Assembly: GCA_964291285.2 (NCBI GenBank)
Contig: OZ219785.1
Location: 992,001-1,056,000 of the forward strand
Length of the DNA stretch: 64,000 bases
Reading direction: 5' to 3'
From: Alphaproteobacteria bacterium
GTDB taxonomy: Bacteria; Pseudomonadota; Alphaproteobacteria; Bin95
Part shown: positions 25,442 through 35,039 of the stretch, piece after piece
How positions within the stretch are numbered: the first letter of the stretch is position 1
Layout of the letters: each line of letters begins with the position of its first letter
The notes under the pieces: generated by a model
The model's database searches: none
What the model was told of the DNA's origin: nothing
Seen by the model: only the letters and a program-made list of their open reading frames with translations
Position numbers and translations under genes: made by a program

Positions 25442-26208
25442 GCGAAAAGCTCCGCGAATTGGGGGACGGTCATGCCGGGCGCGGCACCCGCCGCGCGGGC
25501 CAGGCTGTTGACGGCGGAAAGCCGCCCGGTGTTCCAGAGCGAGCGGGCGTCGCCGATGCGCGCGGTCGCGCCCGCAACCGCCGCGGCCGGCACGCCCATG
25601 CCGGCGCAGGGCTCCAGCCGGCCGATTCCCGCTCCGTCGCAGCCCATGCCGGCATCGTGGCAGACGACGGCGCGCACGACATGGTGGATGACATAGCCCG
25701 GATTGGCCGGCAGCAGGGCGCCGTGGCTGCCGGAAACGACCGCCTTGTCACCGTCCGAGGCTTCGAGCAGCGAGAGCGAGTCGAGGCCGACCACGCCCGG
25801 CGCGAGTTCCATGCGGGCCTCTTCCAGCGGCGGCAGGACACCCGATGGGTCCGGCGCTTCGGCAAGCAGTGCGCCGGCTTCCGCCGCGCCCATGCCGATG
25901 CGGCAACCGGCGCGGGCGGCGGCCTCGTTGATGGCGGAGAGCACGCCCCGCCGGGCCATGTCGGCGCCGTCGCCGATGCGCGCGCTCATATGGTCGATGG
26001 CGGCGGCGCCCATGCCGATCCTGTCCAGCAGGGCAAGCGCGCCGGCGCCCGCCCGGTCGAGCCCGAAGCCGGCGTCGTTCAGCATCACGGCGCGCAGGCC
26101 CGCCTTCGCGGCCACGCCGGCGCAATAGGCCCCGCCATGGCTGCCTGCCAGTACCACGCGGCCGCGATGGCCGGGTTCGACATGGGTAATCGAGTCGATG
26201 ACGATCAT
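25438..26208 (-). CDS. Hypothetical protein with an internally duplicated domain
   Basis: Two halves, each DS(I/L)...GSHG...DAG.G.D.AG...ARIGD(G/A). Confidence 0.75.
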   Translation of the reverse strand: MIVIDSITHVEPGHRGRVVLAGSHGGAYCAGVAAKAGLRAVMLNDAGFGLDRAGAGALALLDRIGMGAAAIDHMSARIGDGADMARRGVLSAINEAAARAGCRIGMGAAEAGALLAEAPDPSGVLPPLEEARMELAPGVVGLDSLSLLEASDGDKAVVSGSHGALLPANPGYVIHHVVRAVVCHDAGMGCDGAGIGRLEPCAGMGVPAAAVAGATARIGDARSLWNTGRLSAVNSLARAAGAAPGMTVPQFAELFA

Positions 26209-26230
26209 GGGGTCTCCCGCGGGCTGGCGG

Positions 26231-27655
26231 TCAGGCGGTGAAGACGGGCTTGTCGCCGGGGGCGGGGGTGCCGGAGAAGGCGCCGGCCTGCATCACGGCC
26301 ATGCGGCCGCCATGGGCCTCGACCAGCGCATTCTGGCTTGCCCGCGCGCGCCGGTGGACCTCGTCCGGGTCGCAGACCTCGCGCATCGCCGCCGTGAGCC
26401 GGGCGGCCGTCTCCGGCTCGCTCGCAGCCAGATTCCGGCGCTCCCCGGGGTCGGCTTCGAGGTCGAACAGCTCCGGTTCGAAACCGGTGTAGCGGATGAG
26501 CTTCCACCTGCCCTGCCGCAGCATGAAGCAGCCCGAGACGGCCCCGGCCGCGTGATATTCGCTGAACACGGCGCGCGCCGGCTCGTCGCCGAGCGTCCAG
26601 AGCGAGCGGCCGGGGAGCGCGGGGTCGGTTTCGAGGCCCGCGCATTCGAGGATCGCCGGGTGGCAGTCCAGCAGCGAGGCCGGCGTTTCCGAGACCCGCC
26701 CCTCCGGCACGCCCGGCCCGGCGGCGATGAGCGGCACGCGGACCGCCTCCTCATACATGTTCGACTTGCCCCAGAGCCCCCGCACGCCGAGATTCTCGCC
26801 GTGGTCGCTGCTGTAGATCACGCGCGTATCCCCGGCGAGCCCGGTGTCGGCCAGCGCGGCCAGCACGCGGCCGATATTGTCGTCGAGGAAGGAGCAGAGG
26901 CCGTAATAGGAGGCGATGGCGACCCGGCGCGCCTCGTCGTTGAAGAAGCTGTCATAGGGCTGGGCCTCGGCATAGGCCTCGATCCAGGGGTGGCGCGGCC
27001 GGCGGCGGTAGTCCCTCGGCAGCGGCATGTCGGCCGGGTCGTAGAGGGCGAAGAAGGGCTCGGGCGCAATCAGCGGGAAATGCGGGCAGACGAAGGAGAC
27101 GAACAGCATCCACGGGCCCTCCGCCGCCGGGGCCTCTTCGCCCAGCCAGCGCACCGCCTCGTCCGCGATCGCCCGGTCGTAGCGCGTATAGCCGCTCTCG
27201 CCGGGGCCGATCTCGCGCGAGAATTTGGCCCCGCCGAAGCGGATCGGCATCGGGTCCTTGATCGCGCCATACACATCGCCCTTGCCGTCCACGACATGCA
27301 TCGGGCGGATCTGGGTGTCGAAGCCGGTCGGGTCCGCCTCGTCGCGGTAATGCAGCTTGCCGATGGACAGCACAGGGCGGCCCGCCGCCTGCAGCGCATG
27401 GCCCCAGCCGGGAACGCTGCCGTCATAGGGGTGGCCATTGTCCCAGGCGCCGATCTCGTGGACATGGCGCCCGGTGGCGAAGGCGGCGCGGGCCGGCACG
27501 CAGATCGGCGAGGGCGTGTAGGCGCTGGAAAAGAGCGTGCCCCGCGCCGCCAGCGTGTCCAGGTTCGGCGTCTTCACGAAGGGATGGCCGGCGACCCCCA
27601 TGGCATTGGCGCTATGCTCGTCGGACATGATGAAAAGCAGATTTTGCGGCTGCAT
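26231..27655 (-). CDS. Sulfatase (choline-sulfatase-like)
   Basis: SDEH, formylglycine motif CVPARAAFATG, GKLH and SDHG. Confidence 0.9.
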   Translation of the reverse strand: MQPQNLLFIMSDEHSANAMGVAGHPFVKTPNLDTLAARGTLFSSAYTPSPICVPARAAFATGRHVHEIGAWDNGHPYDGSVPGWGHALQAAGRPVLSIGKLHYRDEADPTGFDTQIRPMHVVDGKGDVYGAIKDPMPIRFGGAKFSREIGPGESGYTRYDRAIADEAVRWLGEEAPAAEGPWMLFVSFVCPHFPLIAPEPFFALYDPADMPLPRDYRRRPRHPWIEAYAEAQPYDSFFNDEARRVAIASYYGLCSFLDDNIGRVLAALADTGLAGDTRVIYSSDHGENLGVRGLWGKSNMYEEAVRVPLIAAGPGVPEGRVSETPASLLDCHPAILECAGLETDPALPGRSLWTLGDEPARAVFSEYHAAGAVSGCFMLRQGRWKLIRYTGFEPELFDLEADPGERRNLAASEPETAARLTAAMREVCDPDEVHRRARASQNALVEAHGGRMAVMQAGAFSGTPAPGDKPVFTA

Positions 27656-27795
27656 GGCGCGACGTCTCTCCGCCCGGAGCGGGCAGGCGGGATTGAAGCC
27701 GATTGCCCCGCACTTTCCAAGCCGGCCCGGCTGCGAAACCTTGTGCGGCGCCGGCGGCCGGCCGCGAACGGATCTGCGATGAGGCGAGGAACGCC

Positions 27796-29040
27796 ATGAA
27801 CCACACGACCGCAGAGGCTTCCGCATCCGGGCCGTTGCAGGGGCTGCGGGTCATCGAGCTCGGCTCGACCGTGGCCGCTCCCTTTTGCGCGCGCCTGTTC
27901 GCCGATTTCGGCGCCGATGTCATCAAGGTGGAGCAGGCCGACGGCGATGCCGTGCGCTCCATGGGCCGGCGGAAGGACGGCCGCTCCCTCTATGCGGCCT
28001 CGATCCTACGGGGCAAGCGGCTGGTCTCCATCGACCTCAGGAGCGAAGCCGGCCGGGACCTCGCCCGCCGCCTCTGCCAGGGCGCGGACATCCTGGTCGA
28101 GAACTTCCGCCCCGGCACGCTGGAGCGCTGGGGGCTCGGCTACGAGGCGTTGAGCGCGGGCAATCCGGGGCTGGTCATGGTCCGGATCAGCGGCTTCGGC
28201 CAGACCGGCCCGGCCAGCGGCCGGAGCGGCTACGGGGTGGTGTGCGAGGCCGTGAGCGGGCTCAGGGACCTGACCGGCGAGCCCGATGCGCCGCCGCCGC
28301 GCATGAACACCTCGCTTACCGACTATATCGCCGGGCTCTACGCCGCCTTCGGCGCCTTGACGGCCCTGCAGGAGCGCGCCCGCACCGGCCGCGGGCAGGT
28401 GGTGGATGCGGCGCTCCATGAAGCGGCGTTCACCTTCATGGAGCCGCATGTGCCGGCCTTCGACAAGCTAGGCGCGGTCGCCGCCCGGGCTGGCCACCGC
28501 CTGCCCGGCAACACCCCCAACTCGCTCTACGAAACGCGGGACGGCCGCCATGTCGTCATCGCCGCGGCGGCCGACGCTGTCTGGCGGCGGCTCGCGCATG
28601 CGATGGGCCGTCCCGGCCTCGGGGCCGACCCGCGCTTCGCCACCGCCCGGGACCGCGCCGCGAACGCCGATGCCTGCGAGGAGCTGGTGGCCGGCTGGGC
28701 GGGAACGCTCGACCTCGACGCCCTGCTGGCGGCGCTGGAGGCCGGGGGCGTGCCGGCGGCCCCGATCTACAATGTGGCCGACATCTTCGCCGACCCCCAC
28801 TACCGGGCGCGGGACATGCTGGCGGAGGCGCCCGATCCGGAATGGGGGAGCGTGACCGTGACGGGCGTGGTGCCGAAGCTCTCGGCCACACCGGGCCGCA
28901 TCTGCTGGGCCGGCCGCGAAACGGGCGCCGACACGGCGTCCGTGCTGCAGGGCGAACTGGGTCTGGACGATGAGGAACTCGCCAGCCTCGCAACCGACGG
29001 TGCCGTGGCGGGCGCGGGCCTGCCCCGGGTGAAGCGGTAG
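27796..29040 (+). CDS. CaiB/BaiF family CoA transferase
   Basis: ADFGADVIKVE, DILVENFRPGTLERWGLG and ISGFGQTGP motifs. Confidence 0.92.
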   Translation: MNHTTAEASASGPLQGLRVIELGSTVAAPFCARLFADFGADVIKVEQADGDAVRSMGRRKDGRSLYAASILRGKRLVSIDLRSEAGRDLARRLCQGADILVENFRPGTLERWGLGYEALSAGNPGLVMVRISGFGQTGPASGRSGYGVVCEAVSGLRDLTGEPDAPPPRMNTSLTDYIAGLYAAFGALTALQERARTGRGQVVDAALHEAAFTFMEPHVPAFDKLGAVAARAGHRLPGNTPNSLYETRDGRHVVIAAAADAVWRRLAHAMGRPGLGADPRFATARDRAANADACEELVAGWAGTLDLDALLAALEAGGVPAAPIYNVADIFADPHYRARDMLAEAPDPEWGSVTVTGVVPKLSATPGRICWAGRETGADTASVLQGELGLDDEELASLATDGAVAGAGLPRVKR

Positions 29041-29064
29041 CCTTACCCCGTGTCCAGCCCACAA

Positions 29065-29171
29065 TCGTCACCCCGGCCGGAGCGAAGCGGAGAGCCGGGG
29101 TCCATCTCCCGCCGGTCCTGCCATATTCGGACGATCGAGGCTGGGCCCCGGATCGGGGTCCGGGGCGACGA
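29065..29171. repeat. REP/MITE-like palindromic element
   Basis: Outer inverted repeat TCGTCACCCCGG...CCGGGGCGACGA with inner CCCCGG hairpins. Confidence 0.65.
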
Positions 29172-29201
29172 ACCCGAGGCGCGGCCGGGTCGATTTCTGT
29201 C

Positions 29202-29400
29202 CTATTCCCCGATAAATCGCGGCGGGCGTTTCTCGACCCACGCGGTATAGCCTTCCCGGCTGTCATGCGTGTCGTCCAGCGGGTCCCGGAGCGCCCGCGA
29301 AAGCGCCGTCGCCGAGGACAGGTCCATATCGACGCTCTGCCGGATCAGCCGCTCACGATGTCCCGCGCGACGGCCATGGTCTCCTCCGCTGGCCTGTCTT
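29202..29400 (-). pseudogene. C-terminal remnant of an enoyl-CoA hydratase/isomerase-like gene
   Basis: Frameshifted fragments EETMAVARDI / QSVDMDLSSA...THDSREGYTAWVEKRPPRFIGE*; no N-terminal part. Confidence 0.55.
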
Positions 29401-29453
29401 CCTCTCCGGCCAGAGGATAGTGTGGCACGGACCGGGGCGGGCGGGGGCGGCCA

Positions 29454-30236
29454 ATGGCGATAATCGGCAAGATCCTGGGCGGGGTGCTGGGCTTTGCGGT
29501 CGGCGGGCCGCTCGGCGCGCTGATCGGCGCGGCCGCCGGCCACGGCCTCATCGACCGGGGCCGCAGCCGCGCGGCCTTGGAAGGCAACGGGGCGGACGAG
29601 GAGCAGGCCGGCGTGATGTTCGCGCTCGGCGTCATCGCCCTTTCGGCAAAGGTCGCAAAGGCCGACGGCACGGTCACGCGCGATGAAATCCGGACCTTCC
29701 AGCGCATCTTCCCGTTCGACCCGGACGAACGGGGCCGGATCGCCGACCTTTACAACGAGGCGCGCCGGAGCCCGGAGGGTTTCGAGGCCTATGCCGCGCA
29801 GGTGCGGGACGCGCTCGCGGCGAAGCCGGAACTGCTGGCCGAGGTGGTGGATGCGCTCTACGCCATTGCCGCGGCGGACGGGGAGCTGCACGCGGCGGAA
29901 GAGCGGATGATTGCCGAGATCGGCGCGATCTTCGGCCTCGGCGGTTACGAGATGGCCTCGCTCCGCGCCCGCCATGCCTCCGGCCCGGGCGCCGGGGCAG
30001 GCGCCGCGAGCGACGGGGGCAGGGGCGCTGCGGACGCCTATGCCGTGCTCGGCGTGGAGCCGGGCGCCTCGGACGATGAGCTGCGCGCCGCACACCGCAA
30101 GCTCGTGCTGACCTACCACCCCGACAAGCTGGCTTCGAAGGGCCTGCCGGAGGAGTTCATGGAGCTTGCCAACGACCGGCTCGCCGCCATCAACGCCGCC
30201 TATGAAACCGTGACGAAGGAGCGCCGGGCACGCTGA
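29454..30236 (+). CDS. djlA: DjlA-like co-chaperone (TerB-like domain plus J-domain)
   Basis: N-terminal GKILGGVLGFAVGGPLGALIG, AKVAKADG, and a C-terminal J-domain YHPDKL. Confidence 0.85.
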   Translation: MAIIGKILGGVLGFAVGGPLGALIGAAAGHGLIDRGRSRAALEGNGADEEQAGVMFALGVIALSAKVAKADGTVTRDEIRTFQRIFPFDPDERGRIADLYNEARRSPEGFEAYAAQVRDALAAKPELLAEVVDALYAIAAADGELHAAEERMIAEIGAIFGLGGYEMASLRARHASGPGAGAGAASDGGRGAADAYAVLGVEPGASDDELRAAHRKLVLTYHPDKLASKGLPEEFMELANDRLAAINAAYETVTKERRAR

Positions 30237-30373
30237 CTCCTGCCGCCGGCGCGGTCCCCGGAAGCTCCCGATTTCGCTTTGTTTTTCCGGGCCGGTCTGG
30301 CAGGGTTGCCGTCCTGCACTGCCGTCGATCCGAGCGGAGCGCGATACTCGACATGTAACGGAGGAGGCTGCCG

Positions 30374-31630
30374 ATGACCCGCCTGAAACAACCAACCCGG
30401 CGCGATTTCATGAGAACCGCCGCCGCGGGAGCCGGCGCCGCCGCATTTTCCACCGTGTTCCCGGCCATCTCGGCCGATGCCGACGATGCGATCCTGGTCG
30501 GCGGCCTGCACGACCTCTCCGGCTTCATCGATTTCGCTGGCATCCCGATGAACCAGATCATGCTGATGGCCATCGAGGAGATCAACGCGCAGGGCGGCCT
30601 GCTCGGCCGCGAGGTCAAGGGCGTCGTTTACGATCCCCAGTCCAACATGTCGCTCTATTCGCAATACGCCACGCAGCTTGCGCTGAAGGACAAGGTCGCG
30701 GTCGTCATGGGGGGCATCACCAGCGCCAGCCGCGAGACCATCCGCCCGATCTTCCACCGCTTCAAGACGCTCTATTTCTACAACACGCTCTATGAGGGCG
30801 GCGTTTGCGACCGCAACGAGATCACGCTCGGCACGACGCCCGCGCAGACCGTCGAGCAGCTTGTGCCGCACACCATGAATCTGTGGGGCAAGAAGGTCTA
30901 TACCATCGCGGCGGACTACAATTACGGCCAGATCACCGCCGCCTGGGTGAAACGCTATGTCGAGCAGAACGGCGGCGAGGTGCTGTCCACCGACTTCTTC
31001 CCGCTGGACGTGACCAATTTCGGCCCGACGATCTCCAAGATCCAGGAAGCGAAGCCGGACATGGTGATGTCGGTCCTGGTCGGCACCGGCCATCTCGGCT
31101 TCTACAACCAGTGGGCCGCGGGCGGCATGAAGGACGAGATCCCGATCGCGTCCACGACCTTCGGGGCGGCGGGCGCGGAGATCGAGATCATCGCGCCGGA
31201 AGTCGCCAACGGCATCATCACCTGCTACGGCTACTACCCGCAGATCGACTCGCCGATGAACAATGCCTGGGTCGAGTCGGTCAGGACGCGCTATCCGGAC
31301 GACACGCCCTTCCTGACGGAGCTCTCGGCGTTCACCTGGGAAGGCATGATGATCTGGGCAGACGCGGTGCGGACCGCGGGCAGCCTCGACCGCATGGCGC
31401 TCATCGAGGTGATGGAGTCGGGCAAGGAATACGAGTTCCCGTCCGGCAAGGTCACCATCGACCGCAAGACCCACCATGCGATCCGGGACGTCTATGTGGC
31501 GGACCTCCAGGACAAGAAGTTCGTCATCAAGGAGAAGTTCTCCCAGGTCCAGCCCGTGGACACCCAGACCGTCTGTGACCTCGAGAAGGATCCGAACGCC
31601 AACAAGCACTACGAAATCTCGCTGAATTAG
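30374..31630 (+). CDS. Urea/short-chain amide ABC transporter substrate-binding protein (Tat signal)
   Basis: TRRDFMR twin-arginine motif; SASRETIRP, YEGG and DYNYG motifs (UrtA/FmdD/AmiC-like). Confidence 0.85.
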   Translation: MTRLKQPTRRDFMRTAAAGAGAAAFSTVFPAISADADDAILVGGLHDLSGFIDFAGIPMNQIMLMAIEEINAQGGLLGREVKGVVYDPQSNMSLYSQYATQLALKDKVAVVMGGITSASRETIRPIFHRFKTLYFYNTLYEGGVCDRNEITLGTTPAQTVEQLVPHTMNLWGKKVYTIAADYNYGQITAAWVKRYVEQNGGEVLSTDFFPLDVTNFGPTISKIQEAKPDMVMSVLVGTGHLGFYNQWAAGGMKDEIPIASTTFGAAGAEIEIIAPEVANGIITCYGYYPQIDSPMNNAWVESVRTRYPDDTPFLTELSAFTWEGMMIWADAVRTAGSLDRMALIEVMESGKEYEFPSGKVTIDRKTHHAIRDVYVADLQDKKFVIKEKFSQVQPVDTQTVCDLEKDPNANKHYEISLN

Positions 31631-31688
31631 AAGACCTTGCCGCTTGTCCGTCGCCCCGCCGGCCGGGGCGGCGGCGCGGGGTTCGTTC

Positions 31689-32555
31689 ATGGATTACGCC
31701 CTTATCGTCCTCATAGAGCTCCTGCGCGCCGTGGCGGGGCTGGTGCTCATCGCGGCCGGGCTCGCGATCATCTTCGGCATGATGCGGGTCATCAACATCG
31801 CCCATGGCGAGTTCCTGATGCTGGGCGGCTACACCGTGGTGCTGACAACCAAGCTGGGCGTGAACCTCTGGGTCGCGATCCTGGTGCTGGCGCCGCTGTT
31901 CGTGGGCGTGTTCGGCATTATCGTCGAGCGCTGCATCATCCAGTTCCTCTACAACCGCCTGCTGGATTCCATCCTCGCGACCTGGGGGTTGAGCCTGCTC
32001 CTCATCGGGGCTGTGACCGTCGTGTTCGGCAACACGGTGGAGGGCGTGGCGACGCCGCTCGGCGGCTTCGACATCGGCGACTACAAGATGGCCAGCTACA
32101 CGCTGGTGCTGATCTTCGCGGCAGCGCTTATCCTGGCCGCCATCTTTGCGGGGCTCAAATACACCCGCTTCGGGCTGATCGCGCGCTCGACCATGCAGAA
32201 CCCGGGCATGGCCGAGGCGCTCGGCGTCAACTCCAAGCTGGTCTATATGGCGACCTTCGGCATCGGCGCGGCGCTGACCGGGCTGGCAGGCGGCCTGCTG
32301 GCCCCGATCGCCGGTGTCGTGCCCAGCATGGGCGTCTATTTCATCGGGCAGGCCTTCATCACCGTGGTGACGGGCGGCTCGGCCATCGTCGCCGGCACGC
32401 TCAGCGCCTCGACCATGCTCGGCACGCTCAGCCAGAGCGTCACCTTCCTGTCCGGGCCCGTGTTCGGCGATGCCGCGCTCCTGCTCGTCGCGCTCATCCT
32501 GCTCCGGCTGCTGCCGCAGGGCATCACCGGGCGCATCTTCTCGCGCAGCCTCTGA
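31689..32555 (+). CDS. ABC permease (UrtB/LivH-like)
   Basis: GLAIIFGMMRVINIAHGEF motif. Confidence 0.88.
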   Translation: MDYALIVLIELLRAVAGLVLIAAGLAIIFGMMRVINIAHGEFLMLGGYTVVLTTKLGVNLWVAILVLAPLFVGVFGIIVERCIIQFLYNRLLDSILATWGLSLLLIGAVTVVFGNTVEGVATPLGGFDIGDYKMASYTLVLIFAAALILAAIFAGLKYTRFGLIARSTMQNPGMAEALGVNSKLVYMATFGIGAALTGLAGGLLAPIAGVVPSMGVYFIGQAFITVVTGGSAIVAGTLSASTMLGTLSQSVTFLSGPVFGDAALLLVALILLRLLPQGITGRIFSRSL

Positions 32556-32567
32556 GGCGGGGACGGC

Positions 32568-33584
32568 ATGTCGGCACTCGGATACTGGCGCGGCGTTGCC
32601 CTGGTGGCGGCGATTTTCCTCGCGATCCTGCTGTTCGTCCCGGCCTGGTTCGACCTCTTCGAAGTCCTGCAGATGACGCAGTACATCGTTCTGGCGATCT
32701 ACGCGCTCAGCCTTGCCTACATATGGGGCTTCGGCGGCATCGTCAGCTTCGGCCAGGCGGGCTTTTTCGGCCTCGGCGGCTACGCCTTCGCGGTGACCTC
32801 GATCAATATGGGCGACACCACGGTTCCCTTCCTGCTGACCATCGCGCTCTGCTTCGCCTTCGCGGCCGTACTCGGCTATTTCATGTTCTACGGGCGCCTC
32901 AGCGACGTCTATCTCGGCGTCGTGACCCTGGTCGTCGCCCTCATCATGTGGAAGCTGATAAGCCACACGGCCGGGCCCGAATACGCCATCGGCAAGGCGC
33001 GGCTCGGCGGCTTCAACGGCATTCCCAGCATCCCGATCATGCGGGTGCCGTTCACGGACCGGGAAATGGATCCGGGGGAGATGTTCCAGTATTTCATGGG
33101 GCTGCTGATCTTCGTCTATCTGCTGCTCCATGTGCTGATCCGCTCCAAATTCGGCCGGATCGCCATCAGCATCCGCGAGAACGAGGTCCGGACGGGCCTG
33201 CTCGGCTACGACATCCGCCGCTACAAGCTGCTGGTGTTCTCCATCGGCGGCGCGCTCGGCGGGGCGTCGGGCGCCATGTGGGCCACCTACCAGACCTTCA
33301 TCGACCCGAACGCCTTCAGCCTCGAAATGTCGGCCAAATGCCTGATCTGGGTGATGGCCGGCGGCGTCGGCACGCTGGTCGGGCCCATCGTCGGCGTCGT
33401 GGCGCTCCAGTATCTTTCGCTCCGGCTCGGCGAGACGGCGTTCATCAACAATCTGGTGATCCTCGGCATCGTGCTGGTGCTGCTGGTGCTGCTCATGCCG
33501 CGCGGCATCGTGCCGACCCTGCATGACTGGCTGCGCAAGGCGTTCGCGCTCGTCCGGCCGCCGTCTCGCGGAGGCGCGCCGTGA
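32568..33584 (+). CDS. ABC permease (UrtC/LivM-like)
   Basis: WGFGGIVSFGQAGFFGLGGY and IRENE..LGY motifs. Confidence 0.88.
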   Translation: MSALGYWRGVALVAAIFLAILLFVPAWFDLFEVLQMTQYIVLAIYALSLAYIWGFGGIVSFGQAGFFGLGGYAFAVTSINMGDTTVPFLLTIALCFAFAAVLGYFMFYGRLSDVYLGVVTLVVALIMWKLISHTAGPEYAIGKARLGGFNGIPSIPIMRVPFTDREMDPGEMFQYFMGLLIFVYLLLHVLIRSKFGRIAISIRENEVRTGLLGYDIRRYKLLVFSIGGALGGASGAMWATYQTFIDPNAFSLEMSAKCLIWVMAGGVGTLVGPIVGVVALQYLSLRLGETAFINNLVILGIVLVLLVLLMPRGIVPTLHDWLRKAFALVRPPSRGGAP

Positions 33585-34318
33585 GCCCGGCATCCGAACC
33601 CATCCTGGCCACGTCCAGCCTCACCATGCGCTTCGGCGGCGTGGTGGCGGTGGACGATGTCGATTTCAGCCTCGCGCCGGGCGAGCTGCGCTGCCTGATC
33701 GGGCCGAACGGCGCGGGCAAGAGCACCTTCTTCAAGTGCCTCACCGGGCAATTGCGGCCCAGCAGCGGCTCCATCCTGTTCAACGGCGAAGAGATCGGCG
33801 GCCGCCACACCCACGAGATCGTCGCGCGCGGCATCGGCATCAAGACGCAGGTGCCGAACCTGTTCGAGGGCCTCTCGGCCTATGAGAACGTCAGCCTCGC
33901 GGCCAGCCGCAGGAACCGGGCGGACCGGGCGGCGGAGATTGCCGCCGAGATGCTGGAACTCATGCAGATTCCGGAGATCGCGGGCGAGGCGGTCGGCACG
34001 CTCGCCCACGGCCAGCGCCAACTGGTGGAACTCGCCATGGTGCTCGCCGGCCGGCCGCGCCTGGTGCTGCTCGACGAGCCGGCGGCGGGCATGGCGGGCG
34101 AGGAGCGCGCGCGCCTCGCCGGCGTGGTGCGAAGCCTCGCCGGCGACAACACGCTGATCGTCGTCGAGCACGATATGGACTTCATCAAGGACATCGCCAG
34201 CACGGTCACCGTGTTCCACCGCGGGCGCATCTTCATCGAGGGCCATGTCGAGGAGATCATGGCGCATTCGGAGGTGCAGGAGATCTATCTCGGGAAGGAG
34301 ACGAATGCCGCTGCTTGA
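33581..34318 (+). CDS. ABC ATPase (UrtD/LivG-like)
   Basis: GPNGAGKST, LAHGQRQ and LLDEPAAG motifs. Confidence 0.9.
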   Translation: MSPASEPILATSSLTMRFGGVVAVDDVDFSLAPGELRCLIGPNGAGKSTFFKCLTGQLRPSSGSILFNGEEIGGRHTHEIVARGIGIKTQVPNLFEGLSAYENVSLAASRRNRADRAAEIAAEMLELMQIPEIAGEAVGTLAHGQRQLVELAMVLAGRPRLVLLDEPAAGMAGEERARLAGVVRSLAGDNTLIVVEHDMDFIKDIASTVTVFHRGRIFIEGHVEEIMAHSEVQEIYLGKETNAAA

Positions 34319-35021
34319 GATACGAGGCCTGCGGGCGACCTACGGGCCGGTTCCGGTCCTGCACGGTATCGAGCTCGATGTCGGGGAGGGGGAGCTCGTC
34401 GGCGTCCTCGGCCACAACGGCATGGGCAAGACCACCCTGCTGCGCGCGATCATGGGCTTCGTCAATGTCAGCGGCGGCTCCATCCGCTTCGACGGGCGGG
34501 AAATCCAGCGGCTGGCGACCTGGCGGCGCGCGCGGCTCGGCATGGCGCTCGTGCCGCAGGGACGCGAGATCTTCCCCAACCTCTCCGTGCGGGAGAACAT
34601 GCTGGTCGGGGTGCCGCGCGGCGAGGAGCCGGAGGCGCGCATCGAGGAGATCCTCGGCTACTTCCCGCGCCTCACCGAGCTCCTGGACCGCCGGGGCGGC
34701 GCGCTCAGCGGCGGGGAGCAGCAATTGCTGGCGCTCGCGCGCTGCCTCTGCGCGCGCCCGTCCATGATCCTGCTGGACGAGCCGACCGAGGGCATACAGC
34801 CCTCCATCATCCAGGACATCGCCGCCGTCATCGGGGAATTGCGGGCCCGGCAGAAGCTGACGATCGTGCTCGTCGAGCAGAACCTGGACTTCATCGCCGC
34901 GCTGGCCGAGCGCGTGCTAATCCTGCAAAAGGGTGAGATCACCCGCCAGGTCGACAGCCGCGACCTGGGCAATGCCGAGATGATGAGCGCCTATACGGGC
35001 TTCAGCACTCCGGCAGCGTGA
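34305..35021 (+). CDS. ABC ATPase (UrtE/LivF-like)
   Basis: GHNGMGKTT, LSGGEQQ and LLDEPTEGIQP motifs. Confidence 0.9.
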   Translation: MPLLEIRGLRATYGPVPVLHGIELDVGEGELVGVLGHNGMGKTTLLRAIMGFVNVSGGSIRFDGREIQRLATWRRARLGMALVPQGREIFPNLSVRENMLVGVPRGEEPEARIEEILGYFPRLTELLDRRGGALSGGEQQLLALARCLCARPSMILLDEPTEGIQPSIIQDIAAVIGELRARQKLTIVLVEQNLDFIAALAERVLILQKGEITRQVDSRDLGNAEMMSAYTGFSTPAA

Positions 35022-35039
35022 CGTCGAGGGAGGAAGAAA

